Shown here in pieces: positions 29,468 through 39,397 of a DNA stretch of 64,000 bases. This stretch comes from an uncultured Gammaproteobacteria bacterium. Its GTDB lineage: Bacteria; Patescibacteriota; Microgenomatia; UBA10105; UBA927. The notes under the pieces were generated by a model, which was not told the origin of the DNA, searched no databases, and saw only the letters and a list, made by a program, of their open reading frames with translations. The stretch lies in contig CAZVTT010000001.1 in NCBI GenBank assembly GCA_964629685.1, forward strand, positions 513,319 through 577,318. The letters are read 5' to 3'. Position numbers and translations under genes: made by a program. Each line of letters opens with the position of its first letter. Position 1 is the first letter of the stretch.

Positions 29468-31494
29468 TCTTCCACTACCAGGGCTTTTTGGAAAAACTTC
29501 CATCTCCGGTTAAACTCCTGAACCGTCAACGCGGATACGCCGCGCCACGGGTCATTTACCAGTATATGCGTTGGGTTTCCTGCAGGGCCTCTAAATCCGG
29601 TTACAACATACGAATGCATGCCATTGATTGCGTATATTTTTTGTCCGCCCGGTGTAGTCCAAGTGAGTTCATGGGGGTCAGACCATCCGTTCTGACTCCA
29701 AATCAGCACGGGATTACCATTTTGTATTTCCCTTACCAAATCAGCAATTGTGCCGTTTTCATAAAAATGATTCCGTTTATACTGCGAAATGAATCCGATT
29801 ATTGGTTCCCAATACGTACCGTAATCAGATACGTATCCGGTATGGGGGTTTCCGCTGCCACGGGTACCACCCACTCCCACACCTGTTTTTATCTGTGCTT
29901 CCTCCAGGGAAATACCCCGGTATGCGAGAACCATTCTGGTTGCCGCGATGTTGCAGGTAAATGATTCCTGTTGTCTAAAGTATGGGACGAGCAACTTTAA
30001 TTCTTCAGGTGCAGTTGTAAACGTATACGTGACAGTCTCTGTAGAGGGGAGTCCGAAGGGTCCCGTAATACCCTGCAGTATATTCAACGAGTACGGCGTA
30101 CTGTATGCGAGGATAGTTTGCGGTTGGATAGTAACCGTATTTTCTTCCCAACTATATGAGAGCGGCACTTCAGGTTTTAAGCTAATATGTGCTTCGGCTT
30201 CTTTTTGGTTTACCGGTTGATTAAAGGTAATCCGAAGGGGACTATCTACGGGTGTATTGTTGTCAGCATTCCGCGGATCGGATTTTATAATAGATATGGT
30301 ACCCACTGTCTTAAACCTGTAGGTTACGTCTGTCTCTAATTTTCCGCCTGCTCGGTTAGCTAATCCGGTAGGAAATGTAACGGTATATTCAGTATCATTG
30401 ATCCATGGATTATTACCCTCAATTTTCAGTTCTGTATTATTGTTGTTCCAAATATAGTGTAAATCTGACGGGGGATTAATTTTTATTTGTTCCTGTACCG
30501 TAATCGGGTCCATTTCTTCGTCGAATGTAATTTGGATTGGAACAGTTGGTAATATATCTTCCCCTTCGGGCAAAAATGAGGAAATCAGCGGCGGTTTAAC
30601 CGTAGAAAATGTAAAGTCGCGTACGAGTTCATCTTTCGTCGCACTGATGATGGTTTGTGACGTGGTATCAAAAACGGAAGCAGCTTGAAATATTTTTACG
30701 CGATAGGTGGTTCCCTGCTGTAATGGTTTGGCAAAATCAAGAACTAGCTTATCGCGATAGTTTCTTTGGATAGTAAAAAATTGTGACGGTTCAACCGAAA
30801 TATCCCAGATAGTAGACTGACCGTCATGAGGATCTAATGTAAGTGTTATATTCGAATCCGGCGGAATATTCTGTGAATTTTCCGGAGGATCGATCGTGGC
30901 TATTGTTGGCAGGTTTGGAGAATTTAACTCTAACAAATATTCAGCTCCCGGGGAAAAAGACAGAATACCCTCTATGTTTGATACATAAATGAATACTTTA
31001 TCTTCCGGAAGGAATGATATTTGAGGTTTATATGATATTTTCCTGCCGATGGGTAACCATGGCACATATGTATGGAATGACCACTCTCCCTCAACTGTGG
31101 CATTCGTATGCGTCGTAAGACGTGTAAAATTTATGGGACTGGAAAAAGTAATGGTGATCGGTTTGGTATAGTCCTGCAGTTCCCCCTGTTGTACAGGATA
31201 AGTATTTATCACGTAAGGCGTAGTAGTAACAAGCGTAAAGAGAAAATACCAGCAACTTAGTGTTGTAGCTCCAGCGGTTATTCCTATAATAATTGCAGTA
31301 CGTTTTTTGTGTGCATGTATATGGTTTGACGTAATACCGGGCGTTCCTTCCGGAGATTGGGGATAGGGTTTAATGGTGGATTTTTTTACAGCTTTCCGAA
31401 TTAACCATCCGGATATACCTGTGGCTACAGTCGTAATAATGACTATGCATACGAATACAATTTCAAATGATAGATACGGGCGGATTATTTCCAT
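29464..31494 (-). CDS. Membrane-anchored protein with tandem Ig-like (Big) domains and C-terminal peptidase_C39-like domain
   Basis: 676 aa; N-terminal TM; repeated beta-sandwich segments; C-terminal CNIAATRMVLAYRGI...H...D pattern of C39-like papain-fold domains. Confidence 0.5.
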   Translation of the reverse strand: MEIIRPYLSFEIVFVCIVIITTVATGISGWLIRKAVKKSTIKPYPQSPEGTPGITSNHIHAHKKRTAIIIGITAGATTLSCWYFLFTLVTTTPYVINTYPVQQGELQDYTKPITITFSSPINFTRLTTHTNATVEGEWSFHTYVPWLPIGRKISYKPQISFLPEDKVFIYVSNIEGILSFSPGAEYLLELNSPNLPTIATIDPPENSQNIPPDSNITLTLDPHDGQSTIWDISVEPSQFFTIQRNYRDKLVLDFAKPLQQGTTYRVKIFQAASVFDTTSQTIISATKDELVRDFTFSTVKPPLISSFLPEGEDILPTVPIQITFDEEMDPITVQEQIKINPPSDLHYIWNNNNTELKIEGNNPWINDTEYTVTFPTGLANRAGGKLETDVTYRFKTVGTISIIKSDPRNADNNTPVDSPLRITFNQPVNQKEAEAHISLKPEVPLSYSWEENTVTIQPQTILAYSTPYSLNILQGITGPFGLPSTETVTYTFTTAPEELKLLVPYFRQQESFTCNIAATRMVLAYRGISLEEAQIKTGVGVGGTRGSGNPHTGYVSDYGTYWEPIIGFISQYKRNHFYENGTIADLVREIQNGNPVLIWSQNGWSDPHELTWTTPGGQKIYAINGMHSYVVTGFRGPAGNPTHILVNDPWRGVSALTVQEFNRRWKFFQKALVVEE

Positions 31495-34310
31495 TGATCG
31501 TAAATTGTTTTTACCGGTACGTATATTACGGGTCCCAGATCCTTTTTATAAGAGCGTTGCTGAATAGAAGATAATACTGTTCGGATAATCGGAAATTCGA
31601 TTGAAGCCCATTGGGGATGGCTAAGTAATACTACGGCTGTTTTTTGGGTGACTATATCTTCATGCACGTTTATCCGATACCGCCTTAATATCTCCGTCGC
31701 ATCATATTCATTTGTATCTCCTGCAGTATTTGGTATTTCCAATAAAGAGAATGCCGGGGTTCCTGCGCTGTTTTGATCCGTCCTGGACGGATAATAGGGT
31801 TGGGCAGTTATAGGTAGGTTCCAGGGACTTTTCGCTACACCACTCCAGAGCGTTTGTATTCGTCCGGAAGAGTCGTATAAAAAGCCGTTTTCTTCTAACG
31901 CAGCAAGAACTTTGGTATCCGCAAACCATCCGCCTGCACGGTATCCTTTCGGTTCAGGCAGGTTGTTGGCTTTAAATTGTTGTTTTGACCAGCGTAAGAG
32001 TTGTGAAAGCTCCGTTTGAGTATACGTAGTCGTGAGTACGTCATATCCTTCCGCGCTTCTATACCCCCATTTGGGTGAATACCTTGGTGATAATCCGGCA
32101 GCCTGTAAAACATCGAAATGCATATGCAAATGCAGTGCTACCTCATCATTGTTCTGCGCGACCCGTCGTTTAATCCAGTCCGTAAGTACTAGTGCCCGGC
32201 TTACCGGCATTACTGACGGTATATAAATCCGGGGATTAAAAAAGTGCGTAATAGGCAAATGGTCAAATGCCGTTGAAATTTGTTCTAACTCCGTAAGCGT
32301 TTCGTCCGGGACATCCCACCCTTCCCAGTCGAGCGTCCATGCCACATATACCGGTTCAGAGACCATAAATTTTAGTTTGCGGCTTATGACTGAATTTGTT
32401 CCGTTACGTTTGGTAGCAGTAATTGTATGCATACCTGCTGGTAGTGTATCTATTGGAATTTGTTCAACTTGTACAGGTCCACCTATTTTAGGAAAAGAAT
32501 GCTCATTGGTTTCCGAATCTATATGATACGTATATGTACTATTTTCTTCCGGATTATTGTCTTTGATGGAAAGTGCCAGTAGGTCACTTCCGGGTGCTTT
32601 AACAAACCATCTCCGGTTTGTGGTTAAAAGGAGAGGTGCCGTTTGTTCATCTTTGAATTCTGCTGACGGAGAAGCTTCTGTTGCAGTATCAGAACTTAGT
32701 GTCTCAATCTTTTGCGGGTAGTCACTGCCATAATAAACGGTATAGCTTGAGTCTGTTTTTCCGGGTTGAATTGTTTCCGTTACCGAAAATTTTAACACCG
32801 AGAAGGCCGTGTTAGGAAAAATTAACCTACTGGGAACCGTCTGGGTTTCACCGTTCCGTTGTTCTACAATCTGCAAGTCACTGCCGTCTGCAGCAGCTTT
32901 TTTTGTTTTCACCAGGGCAGCGTGATCAAGTTGTAATCCAATTGTATCTCCACTGTTAACCTGTTTACCGTTGGGCGGATTTGTAATGCTAATGGTTTTT
33001 CTATATCCGTATTCCTGGTGGTACCAGTCTGCAATTTCAATCTTTGTTTTGGGTAGAATATCCTTCTGAGTAGATGTTTGAACTGTTGTTCTGGGGTATC
33101 TCCAAATTCCTCCATAAGGGCTGTTGTAGGGATTTGCATTGATAATAATAAGAACAGCAAATACACTCCAGACCGTAAATACAAAAGATAAGACCGGTAT
33201 GGATTCCTGTTCTTCTTGCTTACTTCCCGTAGCATACCTTCCCTGAACCAGCAGGCAACAGCTTATTACGACTATACAGGAGACGATGAAGAGGCTGAAT
33301 GATGAGTAAAAAGTATATCCGATAAATTGTTTGTAGCTTAGTAAAAAAACAAGATGGAGCAGATAGATAAAGAGTGTTTTTTTTCCAGTGTTACTGAATA
33401 TATTGCGTATTCGTTTGAAGTGTTTATGGTTTGTCCCAAGCGTTCGCAGAAAAATAAATATACAAAAATATGAAACGATACCGATGCTGAGAAAACCCAC
33501 TGATGGTGGCCAACGAAACGGCGGGCTGATTAGTCCTGTTGGTATTATTTTAATGAGTGCAATACAGAGTCCAGTACTAATCATTCCTGCCAATACTACT
33601 CTTACCCCATAAGAGAGTTGGTTTTTTTTGTTGATTAGTGCAAACCAACCACCCAAGAGAAATAAGGGCGTATACTGGAATACGGGAAATCGTAAATATC
33701 CTTGAGAGCCTACAAGTAATGCCTTATAAGGCGTTAGTTCTACAGGTACCGGTATTGTATATAGCCACATCCCTAGGGCGTATATGCCAGCGGATACGAT
33801 GCCGGTGAGCCAAAAATTGTTAAGAGTTTGTCGAATTATGGGTCTGAATATAGTGAAAACCAGTGGAATGACTAAAAGCGGAAGCAAAAATTCGGTAAAA
33901 CTGGGAACATCTTGTAGTGCCAATATCCGAATCATTCTTGTAACAAATGTACCGCCATTGCTGCCTGTAGACACCATTGTGAGTGACGCTGCAAGCAGGT
34001 ATACACCGTAGATAAGAGAGCTCCTTTTGATGGCCATCCGCAGTCCGTCAGCAATTGTGCTGCTTTTGGATAGCTTCATGGCTGCGACTGCTCCAGCCGT
34101 AATGAAAAAGAAGCTAACCGTTAACGTATTTAATGTACGGGATAATATGCTAATAAAAATAGGAGTATCCCGTGACAGGAAAAAGAGTGTGTGCGATAAA
34201 ACCATCATCGCAGCGGCTATTCCGCGCAAAATATCCCAAATTGATTCACGGGGTGAAGAATCGGTTAGTTTGTTCATATATTCCTTACCTTCTATTGTAG
34301 GAAAATACAA
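31485..34310 (-). CDS. Acyltransferase-3 (OafA-like) membrane domain fused to a large extracytoplasmic region ending in a polysaccharide-deacetylase (CE4)-like domain
   Basis: 941 aa; N-terminal DILRGIAAAMMVLSHT and about 10 TM; C-terminal TLDWEGWD, HLHMHF, RAGGW, LLSHP resemble NodB motifs. Confidence 0.5.
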   Translation of the reverse strand: MYFPTIEGKEYMNKLTDSSPRESIWDILRGIAAAMMVLSHTLFFLSRDTPIFISILSRTLNTLTVSFFFITAGAVAAMKLSKSSTIADGLRMAIKRSSLIYGVYLLAASLTMVSTGSNGGTFVTRMIRILALQDVPSFTEFLLPLLVIPLVFTIFRPIIRQTLNNFWLTGIVSAGIYALGMWLYTIPVPVELTPYKALLVGSQGYLRFPVFQYTPLFLLGGWFALINKKNQLSYGVRVVLAGMISTGLCIALIKIIPTGLISPPFRWPPSVGFLSIGIVSYFCIFIFLRTLGTNHKHFKRIRNIFSNTGKKTLFIYLLHLVFLLSYKQFIGYTFYSSFSLFIVSCIVVISCCLLVQGRYATGSKQEEQESIPVLSFVFTVWSVFAVLIIINANPYNSPYGGIWRYPRTTVQTSTQKDILPKTKIEIADWYHQEYGYRKTISITNPPNGKQVNSGDTIGLQLDHAALVKTKKAAADGSDLQIVEQRNGETQTVPSRLIFPNTAFSVLKFSVTETIQPGKTDSSYTVYYGSDYPQKIETLSSDTATEASPSAEFKDEQTAPLLLTTNRRWFVKAPGSDLLALSIKDNNPEENSTYTYHIDSETNEHSFPKIGGPVQVEQIPIDTLPAGMHTITATKRNGTNSVISRKLKFMVSEPVYVAWTLDWEGWDVPDETLTELEQISTAFDHLPITHFFNPRIYIPSVMPVSRALVLTDWIKRRVAQNNDEVALHLHMHFDVLQAAGLSPRYSPKWGYRSAEGYDVLTTTYTQTELSQLLRWSKQQFKANNLPEPKGYRAGGWFADTKVLAALEENGFLYDSSGRIQTLWSGVAKSPWNLPITAQPYYPSRTDQNSAGTPAFSLLEIPNTAGDTNEYDATEILRRYRINVHEDIVTQKTAVVLLSHPQWASIEFPIIRTVLSSIQQRSYKKDLGPVIYVPVKTIYDQWK

Positions 34311-34381
34311 TGAATCCTGCTATGAGTTCATTTTTTTATGTATGCCACCAGATTTAATGGTCGTGGTATACTGCTCGAATA

Positions 34382-34912
34382 ATGAATACTCTTTATACAG
34401 TGGCGATTTTCGGACCCTGGGATCATACTTTTTTATTCGATGAAGTCGCAGTGCGACGTGAAGTTGAATCTCATATGCGTAACCAAAGCAGAATTATTTC
34501 AGGAGGTATGTTTGGGGTAGATTTTATTGCGGTAGATGAAGCACTCGTGTTTGATTCGTGGGCTGAACGGATTCATATTATACTTCCGGCAGAACTTAGT
34601 GTATGCGAAGCGTATTTATTAGGGCTTGAGAAGAAGAAGCATATTACTTCATTTCAAGTCAAAATGGTGTTGGCACAAATTAAATCAGTAGAGAATGCTA
34701 ACCCCGAAGCCGTTACCGTGTTATCCTCGGATAAGGTTATGAGTACCAGTTCGTTTCGTAACAGAAACGAGGCGATAATTTCTGCGGCAGATGAAATAGT
34801 ATTGTTTTGGGATGATGACGTGCCCCAATTGACAGCGCTTAAAAGGTTAGCGGAAAAAACTGGAAAAATTTTTTCCGTGAGAACGTTACCTAAACGAAAA
34901 AGATCAGGGTGA
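34382..34912 (+). CDS. SLOG-superfamily Rossmannoid protein (LOG/DprA/nucleoside deoxyribosyltransferase-like), standalone
   Basis: 176 aa; VAIFGPW N-terminal strand and IISGGMFGVDFIAVDEAL glycine-rich loop. Confidence 0.35.
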   Translation: MNTLYTVAIFGPWDHTFLFDEVAVRREVESHMRNQSRIISGGMFGVDFIAVDEALVFDSWAERIHIILPAELSVCEAYLLGLEKKKHITSFQVKMVLAQIKSVENANPEAVTVLSSDKVMSTSSFRNRNEAIISAADEIVLFWDDDVPQLTALKRLAEKTGKIFSVRTLPKRKRSG

Positions 34913-35563
34913 GGGAACTATCGACTGTATAACCTGTTCAACCGTGTTTTTGTTGATTTCCTGATTCGGTCCGGGATAAATTGTTGCTACAGCCCGGAAT
35001 AGATCATCTCCGCTGACTCCCGCGGCAGCAATAGTCATAGTACCCACGTTTAGAACTGCCGTACTTTTTTTGAACGGATGTTCATTTATGCTGCCTATTT
35101 CGCACGTCATGGTTTTCCCTCCGCAATCCAGCAGTGAGTCTATGGTTCTTCCGTTTCCACCGGCAGTTATAGTTAGCGTTATCCGAACCGCATCGTTGGG
35201 GATACCACTCTTGTCCGCTTGTCCGACACGGTAGTTAGTAATAAGTTTTGTATCTATAATTTTTTCAACTCCGGTATTTTGCGTATCTGACTGAGGTGAT
35301 ATTTGCCAACGGGAAGGATATTTTATTTCCCAACTGGAGCTTTTGCCTTTAATAATTATACTTTCTGTAAGTTGTGGAGTTTTTTCTGCTTTGCGTGTGG
35401 GTTTTGGTAATGTCGGTAGCAACCGGACAATCGGGATTTGTTTTGTCCATTGCCAAACTAAGCCAATAAGCAGGATAGCTAAAACAGTTGCCAACAAAAT
35501 TGGCCTGGTCCAGGATAGTTTACGAAGTCTGAATGGTATATGTAACGGTTTTTGAACTTTCAT
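34904..35563 (-). CDS. Membrane-anchored extracytoplasmic hypothetical protein
   Basis: 219 aa; N-terminal TM; no family recognized. Confidence 0.4.
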   Translation of the reverse strand: MKVQKPLHIPFRLRKLSWTRPILLATVLAILLIGLVWQWTKQIPIVRLLPTLPKPTRKAEKTPQLTESIIIKGKSSSWEIKYPSRWQISPQSDTQNTGVEKIIDTKLITNYRVGQADKSGIPNDAVRITLTITAGGNGRTIDSLLDCGGKTMTCEIGSINEHPFKKSTAVLNVGTMTIAAAGVSGDDLFRAVATIYPGPNQEINKNTVEQVIQSIVPSP

Positions 35564-35711
35564 ATTCTCTAAAACATAGTATGATTTCAGTTTCCGTAGT
35601 TGATCGGCTTTGGTATAAGTTTTCGGAGCAATAATACCTATACCCCTACGGTAGTATTATACAGCCTGAAGCCAAAATAACTGAAATTCCGTGTACTGTA
35701 TCAATTAAGTA

Positions 35712-38396
35712 CTAATGCAAAGGGGTTAGTTCTTTGACTGCATAACATTCGTCGTTTTTGTTGGAAATCGTAAAACCCTTTTTTTCAAGCATGTGCAGCA
35801 TTACGGTATTATCTGCCAATACATGAGCGTATATTTGATGGATTCCACGGTCTCTGGCAATATTTAAAATGTAATCAATGAGATAGCTTCCTAGTCCCAG
35901 GCCATGCCAAGGGTCACCCACGACGATGGCAAATTCTGCCTGGTCGTTATACGCGTCGGCTATTATTCTGGTTACCCCAATCATCTGTGGTTTTTCACCC
36001 TCATTTATGATTGCCACAATAGCAATTTCCCGGTCATAGTCGATTTGGGTATACCGAATAAGCATGTCGTGGGAGACATCTTTAAGATATCCGAAAAAAC
36101 GAAACCGCTGCGTTTCCCGCGAAAAGGTTTTGAACATTTCCGCCTCCAAGGGCTCATCTTCAGGACGGATTGGTCTAAGCGAAATGACCATACCATTTTT
36201 CGCCGTGAATGTGTTTTTGTATTCGGCCGGATACGGAGAGATAACAAGATGTGAGTATGGTTGTATGGTATTCCCTGATATCCCGGGATCAAGGAGTACC
36301 TTGGCATCTAATACAATTCCACCATGCTCGTCCACGGAAAATGGGTTTATATCTATTTCTTGAATTTCCGGAATATCCATTATGAGATAGGCAAATGCAT
36401 ACAAGACAAATTGGATGGATTTTATATCTGCAGCCGGCATATTGCGGTACCCCTTAAGTAGCGTGGATATTTTTGTATCTTCTATGAGTCGGCTGGCTAA
36501 TGCCATGTTCAGCGGTGGCAAACCGACGGTTGTGTCTTTGAAAATATCTACCGCAACTCCACCCATACCAAAAACGATGGCAGGGCCGAATATAGAATCC
36601 TTTTTACAACCGATAATGAGTTCATATGTTTTTTTAACCATTCTTTCTACCAGCACTCCGTCTAAGCGTGCAGATGGTGCTGTTTCTTTAACAACACTAA
36701 GTATTTTGTCATAGGCACGCCGAACTTCGACAGATGACGTAATGTTAAGTATTTTTCCTCCCGTTTCCGTTTTATGAAGAATATCCGCTGATGAAATTTT
36801 GAGTACGACCGGATAGCCAATCTTGTCAGCTATAGCTACTGCTTCGTCCTGCGATCTGGCAACTTCGCCTTCTACTACCGGAATTTCGTATGTCCGTAAG
36901 AGGTGTTTAGTTTCATATTCCGTTAACGCGTATCTTCCTGTTTGGGCAATAGTGTGTATGAGAGCTTTGGCGGCAGCTTTGTCCGGAGAAAATGCATGGG
37001 GAATTGTTGCCGGTGTTTCCTGGAGTATTGTTAAGTTCCGTTTATATCTATACATATTCATAAAACACCGTACAGCATGTTCAGGAATACGATATACCGG
37101 TATTCGAGCTTGTTCCAAAATTTCTCTTCCGGTATCTACGTTAAATTCTCCCATCCAGGAAGCCAGTATAACTTTATCAGTAGTTTTCCTGATGGTAGCG
37201 ATTGCCTGGGCGATGGCTATTGGATCAGTCATCGCCTGTGGTGTAAGTACAATTACTATTCCGTCTACCTGTTCATCTGCTAAGCATGTCTTAATGGCAT
37301 GTGTGTATCGTTCCGGATCTGCGTCCCCCAATATATCTATCGGATTAGCGTGACTCCATGCCGGGGGTAATTTCTCGGATAATATTTCGATTGTTCTCGG
37401 TGCGAGTTCTGCCAGGTGTCCGTTTTGTTCAATTAACGCATCGGTAGCAATAACACCCGGACCACCTGCATTCGTAATGATGGCTAATCTGTTACCGTAC
37501 GGAAGTTTTTGCATATCCAGTGTTTCTGCGGCGTCAAAGAGTTCCCCGATAGTTTGAACACGTAACATTCCCGCTCGCTTGAATGCAGCATCAAATACCC
37601 TATCATTTCCGGCCAGGCTTCCCGTATGCGATTTGGCTGCACGGGTGCCTTCCAGGCTTTTTCCGGATTTGAGTACGATTACCGGTTTTATGCGGGAAGC
37701 AGCTCGGGCTGCACTTAGGAAGTTTCTGGCTTTTGTTAACGATTCCATATAGAGAATAATACTTTCGGTTTCCCGGTCGTTGGCAAAATAGTCGATGAGA
37801 TTGTGGAATCCTACATCAACCATATCGCCGATTGAGATAAAGGCACTAAAGCCAACGTAGTTTTTATTTGCCCAATCGAGAATAGCTGTACAAAGTGCCC
37901 CGCTCTGAGAGATAAACGCAATTTTTCCCGGTTGTGCAGTAATGCGGGCGAACGAGGCATTTAGAGATTGGGAAGGCCGCATAAATCCTAAACAATTTGG
38001 TCCTATTATCGGAATTCCTGCTGGTTTAGAGAGAGAAAGTATTTGTTGGGTAAGATTGTTTCCTTCTCCGCCGCTTTCCGAAAATCCACTGGAAAGAATA
38101 GTGATTCCTTTTACATTTCGCTGTAGCGCTTCTGCAACTATTCCTGGTACCGTCTTTGCCGGTGTGGCTATAATAACCAGATCCAGTTCAACGTTTATTT
38201 CCGTTAATGAGGAAAAGCATCGGTGATCACCTATTTGCGTATATTTGGGATTAACAGAATATACTTCTCCACTATAGGCACTATGAATAAGGTTATGATA
38301 CACGGCTCCGCCAACGTGCAGTTGCTCTTCACTGGCTCCGATAACAGCAATCCGTTTAGGATTTAGTAGCGCATCCAGGCGGTCGGAATATGTCAT
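35712..38396 (-). CDS. Pat-like protein acetyltransferase: ADP-forming acyl-CoA synthetase (CoA-binding, ligase-CoA, ATP-grasp) fused to a C-terminal GNAT domain
   Basis: 894 aa; N-terminal KRIAVIGASEE CoA-binding fold; C-terminal GNAT motif A GLGLGSYLIDYILNIARDRG. Confidence 0.75.
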   Translation of the reverse strand: MTYSDRLDALLNPKRIAVIGASEEQLHVGGAVYHNLIHSAYSGEVYSVNPKYTQIGDHRCFSSLTEINVELDLVIIATPAKTVPGIVAEALQRNVKGITILSSGFSESGGEGNNLTQQILSLSKPAGIPIIGPNCLGFMRPSQSLNASFARITAQPGKIAFISQSGALCTAILDWANKNYVGFSAFISIGDMVDVGFHNLIDYFANDRETESIILYMESLTKARNFLSAARAASRIKPVIVLKSGKSLEGTRAAKSHTGSLAGNDRVFDAAFKRAGMLRVQTIGELFDAAETLDMQKLPYGNRLAIITNAGGPGVIATDALIEQNGHLAELAPRTIEILSEKLPPAWSHANPIDILGDADPERYTHAIKTCLADEQVDGIVIVLTPQAMTDPIAIAQAIATIRKTTDKVILASWMGEFNVDTGREILEQARIPVYRIPEHAVRCFMNMYRYKRNLTILQETPATIPHAFSPDKAAAKALIHTIAQTGRYALTEYETKHLLRTYEIPVVEGEVARSQDEAVAIADKIGYPVVLKISSADILHKTETGGKILNITSSVEVRRAYDKILSVVKETAPSARLDGVLVERMVKKTYELIIGCKKDSIFGPAIVFGMGGVAVDIFKDTTVGLPPLNMALASRLIEDTKISTLLKGYRNMPAADIKSIQFVLYAFAYLIMDIPEIQEIDINPFSVDEHGGIVLDAKVLLDPGISGNTIQPYSHLVISPYPAEYKNTFTAKNGMVISLRPIRPEDEPLEAEMFKTFSRETQRFRFFGYLKDVSHDMLIRYTQIDYDREIAIVAIINEGEKPQMIGVTRIIADAYNDQAEFAIVVGDPWHGLGLGSYLIDYILNIARDRGIHQIYAHVLADNTVMLHMLEKKGFTISNKNDECYAVKELTPLH

Positions 38397-38399
38397 GGG

Positions 38400-39362
38400 T
38401 TATTTCTTAAAATTCCAGTATGGTTGCAGATTATTTTCTAAATTATCAAGCGTCATGCGGGCATTTTCGATAATCGGTATTCGGGATTCGGATGTTGGTT
38501 CCTGATAACTATGTGACTCGTCATTTACACCTTGAAGAAAACTATAAGCACAGGCTGGCAATGTATGCGTATTGTATCCGCCTTCTAACGTAGCAAAGAG
38601 CGGGACTCCGGTCCTGAATAGCTGCTGACCTATGAAATAATAACTATTCGTGGTGAGATGAAGAGTTAGCAGTGGGTCTGAATGGTGTCCGTCAAATCCA
38701 GCAGAAACGGCAATTACATCGGGTTTGAATTGTTCTACTATCGGCAATAGCCAGGTTATAGCAGTATGAAATACATCGTCGCCGCTTTCGGAAGGAAGGG
38801 GGATATTAACGGTATAACCCAGACCGTTTTCAGAACCGATATTGTCTACACTTCCACCTCCAGGATATGCATCTCCCTGATGGGTTGAGCAATACAGAAC
38901 CTGATTACTGGTGCTGAAATATGCTGCGGTTCCATCACCAAAATGGCCGTCAAAATCGATTATGGCTACTTTTTTATTTTGCTTAACAAGTTTTTCTACG
39001 GCCACGGCTATATTGTTAAAAAGGCAAAATCCCCGTCCATGTTTTGCGTGGGCATGGTGACCGGGGGGGCGAACGAGTGCAAATTGATGTTGTTGGGATG
39101 CAGTAATAGTTAAATTTACAGCAGCTACCGCTGCGGCAAAACTTCGTGGTGAGGTAACAGTATCGTTATCGAGTGGAATGCTTTTGGCTGCGCAGTCACG
39201 GACGAATGTTATGTAGTCTAAAGGATGCACCAGTGTTAAAGCTGTTTCCGTGAAGTCGACAGGATATTCCTGAAGTTGACCGAATGCTGTTAAACGGTTC
39301 TTATTTTCGGGATGGGTTCCGGTGTCATGTTCCAGAAAAATAGAGTTGAACAAAAAATCCAT
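38400..39362 (-). CDS. Histone-deacetylase-family (AcuC/HDAC-like) Zn-dependent deacetylase
   Basis: RPPGHHA, DFDGHFGDGT and GGY motifs of the arginase/deacetylase fold. Confidence 0.75.
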   Translation of the reverse strand: MDFLFNSIFLEHDTGTHPENKNRLTAFGQLQEYPVDFTETALTLVHPLDYITFVRDCAAKSIPLDNDTVTSPRSFAAAVAAVNLTITASQQHQFALVRPPGHHAHAKHGRGFCLFNNIAVAVEKLVKQNKKVAIIDFDGHFGDGTAAYFSTSNQVLYCSTHQGDAYPGGGSVDNIGSENGLGYTVNIPLPSESGDDVFHTAITWLLPIVEQFKPDVIAVSAGFDGHHSDPLLTLHLTTNSYYFIGQQLFRTGVPLFATLEGGYNTHTLPACAYSFLQGVNDESHSYQEPTSESRIPIIENARMTLDNLENNLQPYWNFKK

Positions 39363-39397
39363 ACTGCTGTATCAGTATACATCAGTATTCTTTTCGT

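Noticed and set aside
36005-37353. Several 99-176-aa ORFs on both strands within the Pat-like acetyltransferase gene
   Set aside because: They are embedded in an 894-aa gene with clear domain architecture. They are alternative-frame artefacts.
39363-39397. Direct repeat ATCAGTAT(N3)ATCAGTAT between the divergent HDAC/Pat operon and the CoA-binding gene
   Set aside because: It is a short, imperfect, AT-rich repeat with no dyad symmetry. It could be an operator but the evidence is too weak to call.
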